A stretch of DNA of 64,000 nucleotides. It comes from a virus (lineage: Duplodnaviria > Caudoviricetes). Each line of letters starts with the position of its first letter. The stretch's first letter is position 1. Below, piece by piece: positions 24,908 through 34,296 of the stretch. A program made the position numbers and the translations under genes. The notes beneath the pieces are model-generated. The model saw only the letters and a program-made list of their open reading frames with translations. It did not search any database and was not told where the DNA came from. Location: IMG/VR virus record IMGVR_UViG_3300021400_001319, positions 1 to 64,000 of that record; one strand, given 5' to 3'.

Positions 24908-25402
24908 TCAGGCGCTTATCACTGTAACAAGAGAGGTCAAAACATCTATCTTTGCTTCCAAATCTTTGATTGTGTTCTGCATTGCTTCAAGCTTTGCGCT
25001 TACACTGGAAGCAAGCTCATAATTATCCCAAGGCTTTACCTCAAAGGATGCACTTCTGCTCCTTAATACCTGACGGTCTAAAACACTTGAGTTGTCAGAA
25101 TTTGTATATGCAAACTCAAGCCATATCTCTACAGTACCTGCCATATCTGTAATAGCAGTGGTAACAGGAAGAATATATTCAAGATAGTTATCCTTGTCAC
25201 TAATAGCTGATTCAAGAATTTCTGAATACACATTGTTCCCGGAATCTTTGTAGAAGAGAGTAGCGGAGAACAAAGACATATCACTATCTTCATAGTACGT
25301 AGGGACATAAATCTTCAGTTTATCAACCAAGTTTTCGCCCTGCATAATTGTACTTACTGAGTTGATCTGTAATGTTTTGTCATTCTTTAAGAGTATTACC
25401 AT
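24908..25402 (-). CDS. BppU-N-like baseplate/tail accessory protein
   Basis: STIMQGENLVDKL...ILPVT..IT..AG.VE motif. Confidence 0.6.
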   Translation of the reverse strand: MVILLKNDKTLQINSVSTIMQGENLVDKLKIYVPTYYEDSDMSLFSATLFYKDSGNNVYSEILESAISDKDNYLEYILPVTTAITDMAGTVEIWLEFAYTNSDNSSVLDRQVLRSRSASFEVKPWDNYELASSVSAKLEAMQNTIKDLEAKIDVLTSLVTVISA

Positions 25403-25500
25403 TAAAGGCCTCCTTCCATACAAAAAGGAACAGCATTTTAAACTGTCCCTTGTTGATAAATTTGTTGTTTTAGATTAAACTTATTTTGTTAGGGAATAAG

Positions 25501-26367
25501 TTATCTTATTTCTGGCGCGCTGGTTCTCTCTGTAGGCTGGTGCGCTTTTTGTTTTATCATATCAATTATTTCTTCTGTTGTTACTGATTCTTTATCCGCA
25601 AGATGCTCGGCTAGATCCTCGTCATTCCAAATGATGCCTTTCGCCCTGTCTTCTTCACGCATTTCTCTAAGATATCTATAAAATGTTGACTTGGTAATCT
25701 GGGCAATAGTATAGCATTGCGTGGCAGTTAGTTCCCCACCAAATAATTGAAAGTGTTTTCGTATTATTCTCTTTGCTCTTTTTGATTTCTTGGTGATTAG
25801 CTTTTGTCCAGGTTGCCTTCCCACCTTAGAACCCATCAGTTTGGCTTTCTTCAACCCTTCAGAAGTACGTTGTGATAATAATTCTCGCTCTTTCTGTGCA
25901 TGCTCAAAGGCTAAATATATCTGTCTCTCAGCTACAGATAGGAGATAGTCATTAAGGCCGCCTATCACAGTATCAATAAGTTTTGCTGTTTCCTCGTCCA
26001 TACCTTCTGTAGCAATCTCAATCTTTCGCTCAGAAGCATCACGATATATCTTACTGTTAATATGAGGTTCTTTGAGAAATTCCAATTCAATACCTAGATT
26101 ATAGAGCTCTTTGTATTCCACTATAGCCTCTTCAGCATTTCTTGAAAATCTTGATACTTCGTCAAAAACCAACTTCTCAACAGCACCGAGCCTGCATTGT
26201 CTCATGAGCTTCTTCCACCTTGGTCTATTATCAGTGCTGCCGGTATATACCTCACTGATAACTACAATGTCTGGGTATGCCTCTTTCAAATTGTCAATCT
26301 GCCTGCGTAATTTTTGCTTTGGCGTAGATACTCTTGCATACCCCACTATCATTTTCTTTTGATCCAT
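25501..26367 (-). CDS. serine recombinase (resolvase/invertase family) with C-terminal HTH
   Basis: GYARVST (catalytic Ser), VFDEVSRFSRN, ER....RT.EG, ITKSTFYRY; AAGGAGG RBS. Confidence 0.92.
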   Translation of the reverse strand: MDQKKMIVGYARVSTPKQKLRRQIDNLKEAYPDIVVISEVYTGSTDNRPRWKKLMRQCRLGAVEKLVFDEVSRFSRNAEEAIVEYKELYNLGIELEFLKEPHINSKIYRDASERKIEIATEGMDEETAKLIDTVIGGLNDYLLSVAERQIYLAFEHAQKERELLSQRTSEGLKKAKLMGSKVGRQPGQKLITKKSKRAKRIIRKHFQLFGGELTATQCYTIAQITKSTFYRYLREMREEDRAKGIIWNDEDLAEHLADKESVTTEEIIDMIKQKAHQPTERTSAPEIR

Positions 26368-26509
26368 AAAACCCTCCTTTTTTATTCGTGTATCGGTTTT
26401 ATTTAGAGGGGTTTAAATAGAACTTTTGCACAATCATAATTGCGATAAATAGTAAATGTGCCATGGGTTATGCAGATTTAAGACATAGCTGATTACTGTT
26501 CTATTTGTT

Positions 26510-26875
26510 GGAACGACTCCTACATTATTATGGACTAATCCAAATCCAACTTCTACTATGGCAAAAACTACAATTTCCATCAATGTTACAATATATAGTC
26601 ATATAATAATATTACTAATAGCTAGTAACAGCTCCGATGTAGAGCAATATTGCCTAGTACCTGTTGCTTCCATACCCACAGTTACGAGTGGTTCGTGGTA
26701 CCCTATTAGTGCAGGCAGATTTGAATCTAGTGGTTCCAAATTCTACGGTTTTACAAGAGGACTAAATGGAAAAACAACAAGTTCTATACAGGTTTCAGGT
26801 GGTTATAGAGAATCTCAAACATATGACGGTCATTGTATACCATATAAGATATGGGGTATCAATTTAACTTTTTAA
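26510..26875 (+). CDS. silent variable cassette A (no native start; LWTNP-type tail-associated domain)
   Basis: frame open from 26489 with GTTPTLLWTNPNP upstream of the track ATG (26558); no RBS; homologous to 27658..28062. Confidence 0.7.
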   Translation, partial: GTTPTLLWTNPNPTSTMAKTTISINVTIYSHIIILLIASNSSDVEQYCLVPVASIPTVTSGSWYPISAGRFESSGSKFYGFTRGLNGKTTSSIQVSGGYRESQTYDGHCIPYKIWGINLTF

Positions 26876-26890
26876 ATAGCCTTATTTTGT

Positions 26891-27214
26891 CGAACAGCAT
26901 TTAAGAAATATGTTTTAATTTCCAAATCACATAATAGTTCTATATCGTGTTGTCTTATCTATAATGGAGGCAGTGTTATTGCAGATACTGGTACTATAGC
27001 AGCAGTAGGATCAACAAGTGACCTACTTCACTGGGCTTCAGTTACTACTAATTATTTGACTTATACTGCTCAAGTAGATTGTCATGTACTTGGTGCAAAC
27101 GGTAATTCTGATACTAGTACTACAAATATATCAGGCGACTATACAGCAGGACAAACATTCAAAATTAAAAATGTAGCAAGCGGTCCACTGTGCTGCATAT
27201 TTGCATGGATCTAA
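26891..27214 (+). CDS. silent variable cassette B (no ATG; Ser/Thr-rich)
   Basis: hand-translated open frame RTAFKKYVLISKSHNSSISCCLIYNGGSVIADTG...GPLCCIFAWI*; missed by the ORF track. Confidence 0.6.
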   Translation, partial: RTAFKKYVLISKSHNSSISCCLIYNGGSVIADTGTIAAVGSTSDLLHWASVTTNYLTYTAQVDCHVLGANGNSDTSTTNISGDYTAGQTFKIKNVASGPLCCIFAWI

Positions 27215-27296
27215 GATAATTAAACACGCCTCATACTAATGCCTTTTATATTTATATCAAAGGCTAACATAAGCTTTAGCGATGTGAATATGTCAA

Positions 27297-27656
27297 TTAC
27301 GCTGGTTCAAACAATAAAACTAAACCACTGTGTTGATATTCAGAGAACGTAAGACTTGATGAAGTAAAGTTATACAGTACAGTTTTAGTATTGCTGCCAA
27401 ATGTTTCACACACGTATAGAGTTCCTGGTGCTGTGCTAGTAAACGTTGTATTTTTATTTGATGAAGAACTATTAGCAACGGACATAGTTATTTCGTCTAC
27501 TGTAATAGTTTGTTTTCCACTATTACCGACTCCTCCTATTTTACCGATTGAACAAATAGGAGTATAATTTCTTGTAATTCCCCACAAAGCTCTATATCCG
27601 TCGCCAAATCCGCTTCGTGAATATGAAAGTATAGTATATTTCATTTCATCCGTTCG
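27297..27656 (-). CDS. silent variable cassette C
   Basis: track ORF 27297..27644 extends in frame to CGA-ACG at 27656; no clear RBS. Confidence 0.6.
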   Translation of the reverse strand, partial: RTDEMKYTILSYSRSGFGDGYRALWGITRNYTPICSIGKIGGVGNSGKQTITVDEITMSVANSSSSNKNTTFTSTAPGTLYVCETFGSNTKTVLYNFTSSSLTFSEYQHSGLVLLFEPA

Positions 27657-27657
27657 T

Positions 27658-28062
27658 TTATTTCATTCCTATAATTGCTAATGGAATTAGAGTTGAATTA
27701 TTGGGAGTTTCGCCTGCCAGTGCCAGAGAAGCCTTAAAATTTAGTGTCATATCTGATACACGATATATTGTTCGTTTATATGGACTTGTCCCAGAGCGAG
27801 TAGCTATTATCCCAAAAGGTTTATCACTCGTACTAGTACTTGCTGCCCATTTTTGAATTTCTGTCATCGGATACATAACTCTATATACATCAGATAGATT
27901 GCTTCTATTGCGAGCATAAGTAAATGCAATATATTCAAAATTTGCTATACTTTGACTTAATGTCACATCTTGTGCTGGAAATGTCGCAGACGGATCTGGG
28001 TTAGTCCAAAGTGTAGTTTCTGATAATGTTCCTCCAGATGTTCCACATCTATAAAATGCCAT
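27658..28062 (-). CDS. expressed cassette gene (MAFYRCG + LWTNP-type domain), putative adhesin/receptor-binding accessory protein
   Basis: AAGGAGGTG RBS optimally spaced to ATG 28062; TTLWTNPDP...IPLAIIG. Confidence 0.75.
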   Translation of the reverse strand: MAFYRCGTSGGTLSETTLWTNPDPSATFPAQDVTLSQSIANFEYIAFTYARNRSNLSDVYRVMYPMTEIQKWAASTSTSDKPFGIIATRSGTSPYKRTIYRVSDMTLNFKASLALAGETPNNSTLIPLAIIGMK

Positions 28063-28175
28063 AAGCATTCACCTCCTTGATGTTTAGGCCCTTCAACATA
28101 GGGCTAAATCGAACTGTTTTATTATTTGTTATTTTGTCTTGCATTGTTTTATGATCTTTTATTTTTTTTAGAAAA

Positions 28176-28197
28176 GGAGAGGGCAGTACCCTCTCCG
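28176..28197 (-). terminator. intrinsic terminator
   Basis: GGAGAGGG-tactg-CCCTCTCC followed by a T tract on the minus strand; near-identical copy at ~34228-34251. Confidence 0.7.
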
Positions 28198-28218
28198 TAA
28201 AACGTGTATTTTACTGAA

Positions 28219-28246
28219 CTTTCGTTTAATCTATCTTATACGAAAT
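28219..28246. repeat. dif/loxP-like 11-6-11 site, copy 1
   Basis: CTTTCGTTTAA-TCTATC-TTATACGAAAT. Confidence 0.5.
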
Positions 28247-28279
28247 TACAATGTTCCATGGAAGAAGTTTATGATAAAC

Positions 28280-28945
28280 TCATTTCAGTTTCTCCTTTCT
28301 TTTATTTTCAATATCCATTTGCCTGGCATCTTCTTCTGAAACAACGGTAAGGCCCATTATGTAATTGACGTTTTCGGAAACAACGCCATTGCCACCGAGC
28401 TTTTTATAAGGTTCATACATGGACTTTATAGTTGCTTTTTCCCTGTTAGTGATAGCTCCCCTCTCAGAAATCTTATCTGTAAGGAAAAGAATCCTATCAT
28501 GTGCCTGACCTACAAGGCTTTCTGCCATGATTTCCTGCTTATCGGCTATCTTCACTAAACTATCGGTTATCTTTGTATTATTAGCTTCAAGCTGCCTGAT
28601 GGCTTCGAACAAGGCTTGTGCATCTTTCTGATGCTGAAGATCCATTCTCTCTATAGATAAATGATGTTCATCATATCTTTTCTTACCCATAGCTTCACGT
28701 TCTGCCAAGCCAACCTTTACTTCTTCTGCCAAATCAGCTATTGCTTTAGCGTTCTTGTCACAGTAGTCAAGTTTCCATTTTGCATTGACATTTGTCAGAT
28801 GATCTCGCATATCCTTTTTGATTGTTTCATCGTGATTTTGTTTTGCGTCTTCTTTCTGTTTATCTTTACGGGTTACGAAGAACTGTATAATTCCGCTACT
28901 AATTAAAACTGTTACTCCGGTTATAAGAACTTGAGTCCAATCCAT
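28280..28945 (-). CDS. membrane-anchored coiled-coil protein (holin-like)
   Basis: N-terminal TM then basic residues; Y..Y..LGGNG C-terminal motif; GGAGG RBS. Confidence 0.6.
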   Translation of the reverse strand: MDWTQVLITGVTVLISSGIIQFFVTRKDKQKEDAKQNHDETIKKDMRDHLTNVNAKWKLDYCDKNAKAIADLAEEVKVGLAEREAMGKKRYDEHHLSIERMDLQHQKDAQALFEAIRQLEANNTKITDSLVKIADKQEIMAESLVGQAHDRILFLTDKISERGAITNREKATIKSMYEPYKKLGGNGVVSENVNYIMGLTVVSEEDARQMDIENKRKEKLK

Positions 28946-29038
28946 TGTGCCTCCAAAATAAGAGCCGACTCAGTTAAGAATCGGCTCCTGTTAAAATGTT
29001 TGTTTTATTTGTTTCTATGAGAAAAGAGATACTTGAAA

Positions 29039-29066
29039 CTTTCGTTTAATATGTCTTATACGAAGG
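29039..29066. repeat. dif/loxP-like 11-6-11 site, copy 2
   Basis: CTTTCGTTTAA-TATGTC-TTATACGAAGG. Confidence 0.5.
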
Positions 29067-29924
29067 TTATGTTGTTTTGGTGTATTGGATTGTTACATAA
29101 TATGTTGAAGAAGAAGTAAACCACGCATTAATAAGCGCAAGTTGATTTTTGTAACTCGTATCGGCAGATGTATTAGTATGTCCTATAAATCTTAGAGTAG
29201 CACTTATGTCACCTCTACATGCGCTTATAGGAAAGTACATACCACTAAATAGAACACCTCCTTCTATATTTACAAATGTATCAACTTTCGCACCCATGCT
29301 TACAAATGTTGTGGTTTCAGTTCCAACTTTATTAGTAGCAGTTAATGTTCCTTTAAATGTTTTCTGATAAATCGGTTTTCCATCAATCCAAGTACCTACT
29401 ATCTTTTCTGATGTAGAGTAATCATTTTCATCTGCGTATTTGAAGGAGTTGGCGCTGTCGGTGGTTTTGGTGTATTGGATAGTCACATAAGTTTCTGTAA
29501 ATGCGCTTCTATCTGTACCTGTAGTTATTCTTATTACATTTGATGAAGCAACATAAACTAAATCAACAGATGCAACGTTACTTCCACTAATAGTTTTATC
29601 AACATATGGAAGGGGCAATATCAGACCATCTGTATTGCGTCTTGAATATCCTTCAATATTGATAACACGATTTATAGATGAAACACCTGTAGCTATTGTA
29701 GTAACACTATTATTAGGTAATGCTCCGCAACTAATTGTCTTTTGATAGATTGGTCTTCCATCTGTCCAACAACCAACTATTTTCTCTGTAGTAGAATATA
29801 AATCTGCTCTACTAAACTTATTAGCTAATACCTCGGGCATACCACCAAGATAAGGAAAGATGCCCCCGTAGAAATCTGCTAAGTCTTGCTTGGTTACTAC
29901 CTTGTCTGGATTTGTTACTGACAT
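29067..29924 (-). CDS. tail-associated protein with two YSTxEKIVGxWxDGxPIYQKT domains
   Basis: ORF track, AAGGAGG RBS, internal domain duplication. Confidence 0.75.
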   Translation of the reverse strand: MSVTNPDKVVTKQDLADFYGGIFPYLGGMPEVLANKFSRADLYSTTEKIVGCWTDGRPIYQKTISCGALPNNSVTTIATGVSSINRVINIEGYSRRNTDGLILPLPYVDKTISGSNVASVDLVYVASSNVIRITTGTDRSAFTETYVTIQYTKTTDSANSFKYADENDYSTSEKIVGTWIDGKPIYQKTFKGTLTATNKVGTETTTFVSMGAKVDTFVNIEGGVLFSGMYFPISACRGDISATLRFIGHTNTSADTSYKNQLALINAWFTSSSTYYVTIQYTKTT

Positions 29925-29936
29925 AGTTTACCCTCC

Positions 29937-30806
29937 TTAATCTGTAGTTTTGGTGTATTGAATTGTGATATTATATATTGCTGATGCATAATCTGTATAA
30001 GGCGAGATAATTCCTGTTTTTGGTACTAATAGCTTTAAAATAGTTTTGGTACAATCCATTCTTGTGTCACAATTGTTCCCCATGATGACATAACGGGTAT
30101 TGTCGCCAGACCAATAAGCAAAACCAAAAATATTTATAATATAGTCAATATTAGATATATTATGCGTATAATTACAAGCATAATTTTTTTCTATTGCAGT
30201 ATTCCATGAAGATAAGGGGAAAAGCTGACCCGTAATAGTTTTCTGATATAACGGCTTTCCATCAACCCATTCGCCTACTATTTGCTCCTCTGTACTGTAC
30301 TTAGGGTATCTAGCTTGTACACTTGGAAGAGTAGCCATTACTTCATCCATATCTCCACTTTCAAAAGGCTTGATAGACATGGTATTGCTTGAAAGTGAAA
30401 GACCTGTTCCTGCGGTGACTTTGTTATAAAGCGTATCAAAATAGGTCTTGAGCTTTGACTTTATATTACTCCATGTAGAATTTCTCTTGGCACTTGCAGA
30501 AGCATCATAGAATGGGAATTTATCTGAGTCTGAAAGCGTTGTCTCAGCGGCATCTGTTGTATGATAAGCATTTTCATCATCACCGCCTCCGCTTGAAAAC
30601 TCTCTCCATCTTCCAAGTGTTTCATCTACTGTATTTGTAGATTTCCACTGATAAGTCTTATCTGACTCCGAACAGTACGCCGTACAACCATCATACATAG
30701 TTGCATCTACTACTGCTTTCATTTCTGCTGTAGTGCTATACTTCAACCTCGCATCAAGAGGTTTTGAAGCCGAATAGCTGAAATTATCGCCCACCAAAAT
30801 ACTCAT
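29937..30806 (-). CDS. tail-associated protein with one YSTEEQIVGEWVDGKPLYQKT domain
   Basis: ORF track, AAGGAGG RBS. Confidence 0.75.
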   Translation of the reverse strand: MSILVGDNFSYSASKPLDARLKYSTTAEMKAVVDATMYDGCTAYCSESDKTYQWKSTNTVDETLGRWREFSSGGGDDENAYHTTDAAETTLSDSDKFPFYDASASAKRNSTWSNIKSKLKTYFDTLYNKVTAGTGLSLSSNTMSIKPFESGDMDEVMATLPSVQARYPKYSTEEQIVGEWVDGKPLYQKTITGQLFPLSSWNTAIEKNYACNYTHNISNIDYIINIFGFAYWSGDNTRYVIMGNNCDTRMDCTKTILKLLVPKTGIISPYTDYASAIYNITIQYTKTTD

Positions 30807-30817
30807 AGCTTACCTCC

Positions 30818-32431
30818 TTATGCATAAATTTGTTTAAATCCCGTAGCTGTTACAGGGTCGGTCTGCGTATAAACGTTATAGCTTACATCATCAACAGTAA
30901 CATTAGTCTTTGTATATCCACTAATGTATTCAAACCCATTACCATCCTTGATGCTTGTAAGATTTCCAAATGAGGCAGGATAACAATAACAAGCCCTCTG
31001 ATTATTTAAGGTGAAAGTAGCTGTCTGTCCCTTGCCTGTCTTAACGTTCTTTGTAAGTGCTACAATACCCGCTTTATCTGTAGGTGCTGTTGTTACTGCT
31101 CCATAATAAGAAGCCATTACAAATGTGTATGTAGCGGTCTTTTCAACACTTGCTGTGGTATCGTCTGATTTCTTGTATTCAAGGACACCCTTAACTGTTG
31201 TTGTAGATGATATAGCACCCATGGTGTATGTATATGTATTTGTTCCATCAACATAGGTCTTTGTATCAAGAAGAGTAGAACCGTTATAAAATTTGATTGC
31301 TATTGGTGTTCCTGTTCCCTTATCAGTGATATTAAGTGTAAGTGTAGGTGTAACAGATGTGCCAACTTCCTTTACGCCACTTCCACTTGCTGAAAACGTA
31401 GTTGTTGGTGCAATCTCAGTAATAAGAAGTTTCTGTGCAAATTCCGTAAACGTAGTTCCCTGTGAGAGTGTTGTTCCGCTTAATATAGCACCTACAGTAA
31501 GATTAGCGGTAACATCTGCTGTTAGTGTAGAATCACCACCGCCACTACTAGGCTGTACATTAGTCTGAACCCATGAATATGTTGCAGGGTCTTGTCCATC
31601 AGAAACACACTCATAGAAATATCCATGAGTAAGTCCACCACCTGTAACACCTGTATATTCAAAGATTTTGCCCTCTAATTCAGCCGAAGGAGTGGAAAGG
31701 ACAGAATACTGTACCTTATCCTGTTTACCTGCTAAAAGAGCCGTTAAATCAGTTGAGGTAACATAATCTGCAAGAGCAGTATTAAGTTCTGCCTTTGTTA
31801 CATAATTTGAGAGGTCAACAGACGTACTTCCTATTTTCTCCCATCCTGCCGTCGTTCCGTCAAGGTTGATATACTCGTCCTTAACATCACTTGTCTGTGG
31901 GTCAGAACTTGGTACAAGATAGATTACATTTGTCTTGATATTTGTGGTTGGAAGTGAAGACACAACTTCAAAACGGCTATTCTTAATTGCCGTTACAATA
32001 GTGTCTACCTCTGTCTTGCTATAAGTTTCTGTTTTAAGGTAGTAGTTTACAAGGTCATCAACAGACTTAGTGATGAAATCTGTTAAATCACTTGATTTAG
32101 CAAGCCCTAAATCGGATGCACTCTTATTTCCTACAAGAGTTACACCCTCAACCTGTGGTTTGTTATCTAAGTCTGCATAGTCATCTGTTCCGCTACCGCC
32201 ACCCTCGGCTACTTCTTTCCAATTTTTAATGTCTGTTGGGTCATCCCCAATCAATCTATACTTTTTATCTTCTGCAACAACATATGTTTCCATACCCACA
32301 TACGGATATGGAAAGTTACCGCTAGTAGTTAATTCAGCTTTAGTAGCTACTTTATCTCTAGCGTCAAGAGGGGCAGATATAAGTGGTTCTATTGCTCCCG
32401 CTAATGAAAAGCTACCTTTTGTCCTAGCCAT
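30818..32431 (-). CDS. tail fibre-like structural protein
   Basis: PLDAR motif, DYADLDNKPQ and WEKIGST..DLSNY fibre motifs; start MART after AAGGAGG. Confidence 0.7.
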   Translation of the reverse strand: MARTKGSFSLAGAIEPLISAPLDARDKVATKAELTTSGNFPYPYVGMETYVVAEDKKYRLIGDDPTDIKNWKEVAEGGGSGTDDYADLDNKPQVEGVTLVGNKSASDLGLAKSSDLTDFITKSVDDLVNYYLKTETYSKTEVDTIVTAIKNSRFEVVSSLPTTNIKTNVIYLVPSSDPQTSDVKDEYINLDGTTAGWEKIGSTSVDLSNYVTKAELNTALADYVTSTDLTALLAGKQDKVQYSVLSTPSAELEGKIFEYTGVTGGGLTHGYFYECVSDGQDPATYSWVQTNVQPSSGGGDSTLTADVTANLTVGAILSGTTLSQGTTFTEFAQKLLITEIAPTTTFSASGSGVKEVGTSVTPTLTLNITDKGTGTPIAIKFYNGSTLLDTKTYVDGTNTYTYTMGAISSTTTVKGVLEYKKSDDTTASVEKTATYTFVMASYYGAVTTAPTDKAGIVALTKNVKTGKGQTATFTLNNQRACYCYPASFGNLTSIKDGNGFEYISGYTKTNVTVDDVSYNVYTQTDPVTATGFKQIYA

Positions 32432-32464
32432 TTTTGCCTCCTTTAACAATGTATCTTGAATCTA

Positions 32465-33961
32465 TTAAGACCACTTAATTCTTATTTTTCTTGAACCTGT
32501 GGCTACGCCAAGATTGCAAAGATATTTTTTATAATTTACTGTATTTCCACCTGCATCTGTGTGAGTCGTGTCTGTTACAGTAAATTCACCCGCACAGTTT
32601 TCCCATTGATTTGACAAGGTATTAAGAACTTCTACTGCTGTGATAGTCCAACTTGTAGGGACGTGGAACTGTTCGGGATTGGTTGCTGTCTGTGCAGGGA
32701 AGTTATATTCTTTAAGTTTTGCACTCTTGCTTACCAAAGCTAATTTAGCCACGGTAGCTATATTAGCTGTATTAGCCCAAAGAGCGTCTACAAATTCGTA
32801 GTTTATTGTATTTGTATTCACGCTACCTGCGGGTAATGGAGAATTATAGTTATTTCCTTTAGAATCTTTAGGTTGTACTCCTGCTCCATATGCTACAGAG
32901 CCTTGATATGATTTCTTTGCCTCTGTAACAGTAATACTAAATGTATTTCCCGCCTGTGAAGTACCATCCAATGTATAAGAAGTAGCCGAACCACTTCTAT
33001 AGCTTGATTCAGCCGTATATTGAGGATTGATACTACCTCTGTTAAGCGTTAGAGTAAATGTTGTATTTAAGGTAGCACCCTTTTCAAGCAACTTCGCACC
33101 TGTAGCTGTCATAGAAGCTGATGGGTTCGTAAGAGTTGGGTATAATGTAGGTTCGAGCATATCTCTTATGACAGTTTCAAGTGGTGTATCTTTTGCATAC
33201 TCTGTTCCTGCTTCTATTCCACCTACGGATATTGCAGTTGTTAAATCATCTGAAAGAACAGAACTACCACCCGATACATTGATATTTCTCCATGTTTCGG
33301 TTGCGGCATCATACGCAAGAACCTGTCCCTCTGTCGGATTAGTTAAATCAACATCCTCTAATCCGTCAAGTGTAGAACTTCCACCGCCACTGCCATCAAA
33401 TACTTTTGCTGACTCTGAGCCAGTTTCGTTTGTGACTGTTACCCTTACGCCATCGCTCTCTCTTTGAAGGTCAATGGTAGGAGAGTATCCAGGATCGCCT
33501 TTTACACCAGCGATTGGCCCGTTATTTTTCCATTCCTCATCTTCCTCTAGCCATATATACAAGTCTGGGTTTTCATTTGTTCCTACAAAATATGCGTCAC
33601 CCGGATCTCCAACAGGGTGTGCTGCTATAAGTTCTTCATATGTTGCATACTGTGCTTTTATGGAGAATGATTTTCCATCTGCGCCAGTATCACCCTTATC
33701 ACCTTTTACGGTGGGAACAATGCCTGATGTGGTTTCGGTTCTGCCATCTGAATATGTGATAACAAGATGTTTATTATCATCTACATCAACACTTGTTACG
33801 GATACTCCATCTTCAGGCTGACGGAACTGATATGTAAGGGTCTGACCATCAGAGGTAATAAATGTCAGAAGCCCTTCATCTGATATTGAATAATTACTGA
33901 CGCCTGCAACAACTGAGGCAATCAAGGCTTTGCTTAAGACATAACTTTCTTCACCATTCAT
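32465..33961 (-). CDS. collagen-like repeat structural protein
   Basis: KGDKGDTGADG, KGDPG; C-terminal half similar in style to 30818 ORF. Confidence 0.7.
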   Translation of the reverse strand: MNGEESYVLSKALIASVVAGVSNYSISDEGLLTFITSDGQTLTYQFRQPEDGVSVTSVDVDDNKHLVITYSDGRTETTSGIVPTVKGDKGDTGADGKSFSIKAQYATYEELIAAHPVGDPGDAYFVGTNENPDLYIWLEEDEEWKNNGPIAGVKGDPGYSPTIDLQRESDGVRVTVTNETGSESAKVFDGSGGGSSTLDGLEDVDLTNPTEGQVLAYDAATETWRNINVSGGSSVLSDDLTTAISVGGIEAGTEYAKDTPLETVIRDMLEPTLYPTLTNPSASMTATGAKLLEKGATLNTTFTLTLNRGSINPQYTAESSYRSGSATSYTLDGTSQAGNTFSITVTEAKKSYQGSVAYGAGVQPKDSKGNNYNSPLPAGSVNTNTINYEFVDALWANTANIATVAKLALVSKSAKLKEYNFPAQTATNPEQFHVPTSWTITAVEVLNTLSNQWENCAGEFTVTDTTHTDAGGNTVNYKKYLCNLGVATGSRKIRIKWS

Positions 33962-33979
33962 AGGTGGGTCCCCCTTTCT

Positions 33980-34207
33980 TTACAGTTCCGTCCATACGTC
34001 CTGCGAGTTTAAGATGTAATACTTTGAACCCCCAAGCACAAGGCAAGAGGAACCTTTGGCTACTTTCTGACAAGACACATTATCGTTGCCCTGTTGTACG
34101 CCCAATCTAGTAGAGGTAGGCAGCTTAGATACGTCATCTACACTGTCAGCGTAAAAGGCTTTACAATTGCCACGCATATCTGGATTATTTTCATTTATCC
34201 AATACAT
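33980..34207 (-). CDS. small hypothetical phage protein
   Basis: GGAGG RBS; FYADSVDDVSKLPT...GSSCLV motif. Confidence 0.65.
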   Translation of the reverse strand: MYWINENNPDMRGNCKAFYADSVDDVSKLPTSTRLGVQQGNDNVSCQKVAKGSSCLVLGGSKYYILNSQDVWTEL

Positions 34208-34296
34208 GTTATTTCCTCCGTATAAAAAGGAGAGGGCAGTTCACCCTCTCCGTTGATAGTCACATTATCCTTTTATTCTTATGTAAAATTGTTGTT

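Noticed and set aside
26400-30806. Diversity-generating retroelement acting on the variable tail cassettes
   Set aside because: No reverse transcriptase ORF and no near-identical template/variable repeat pair differing at adenines in this window.
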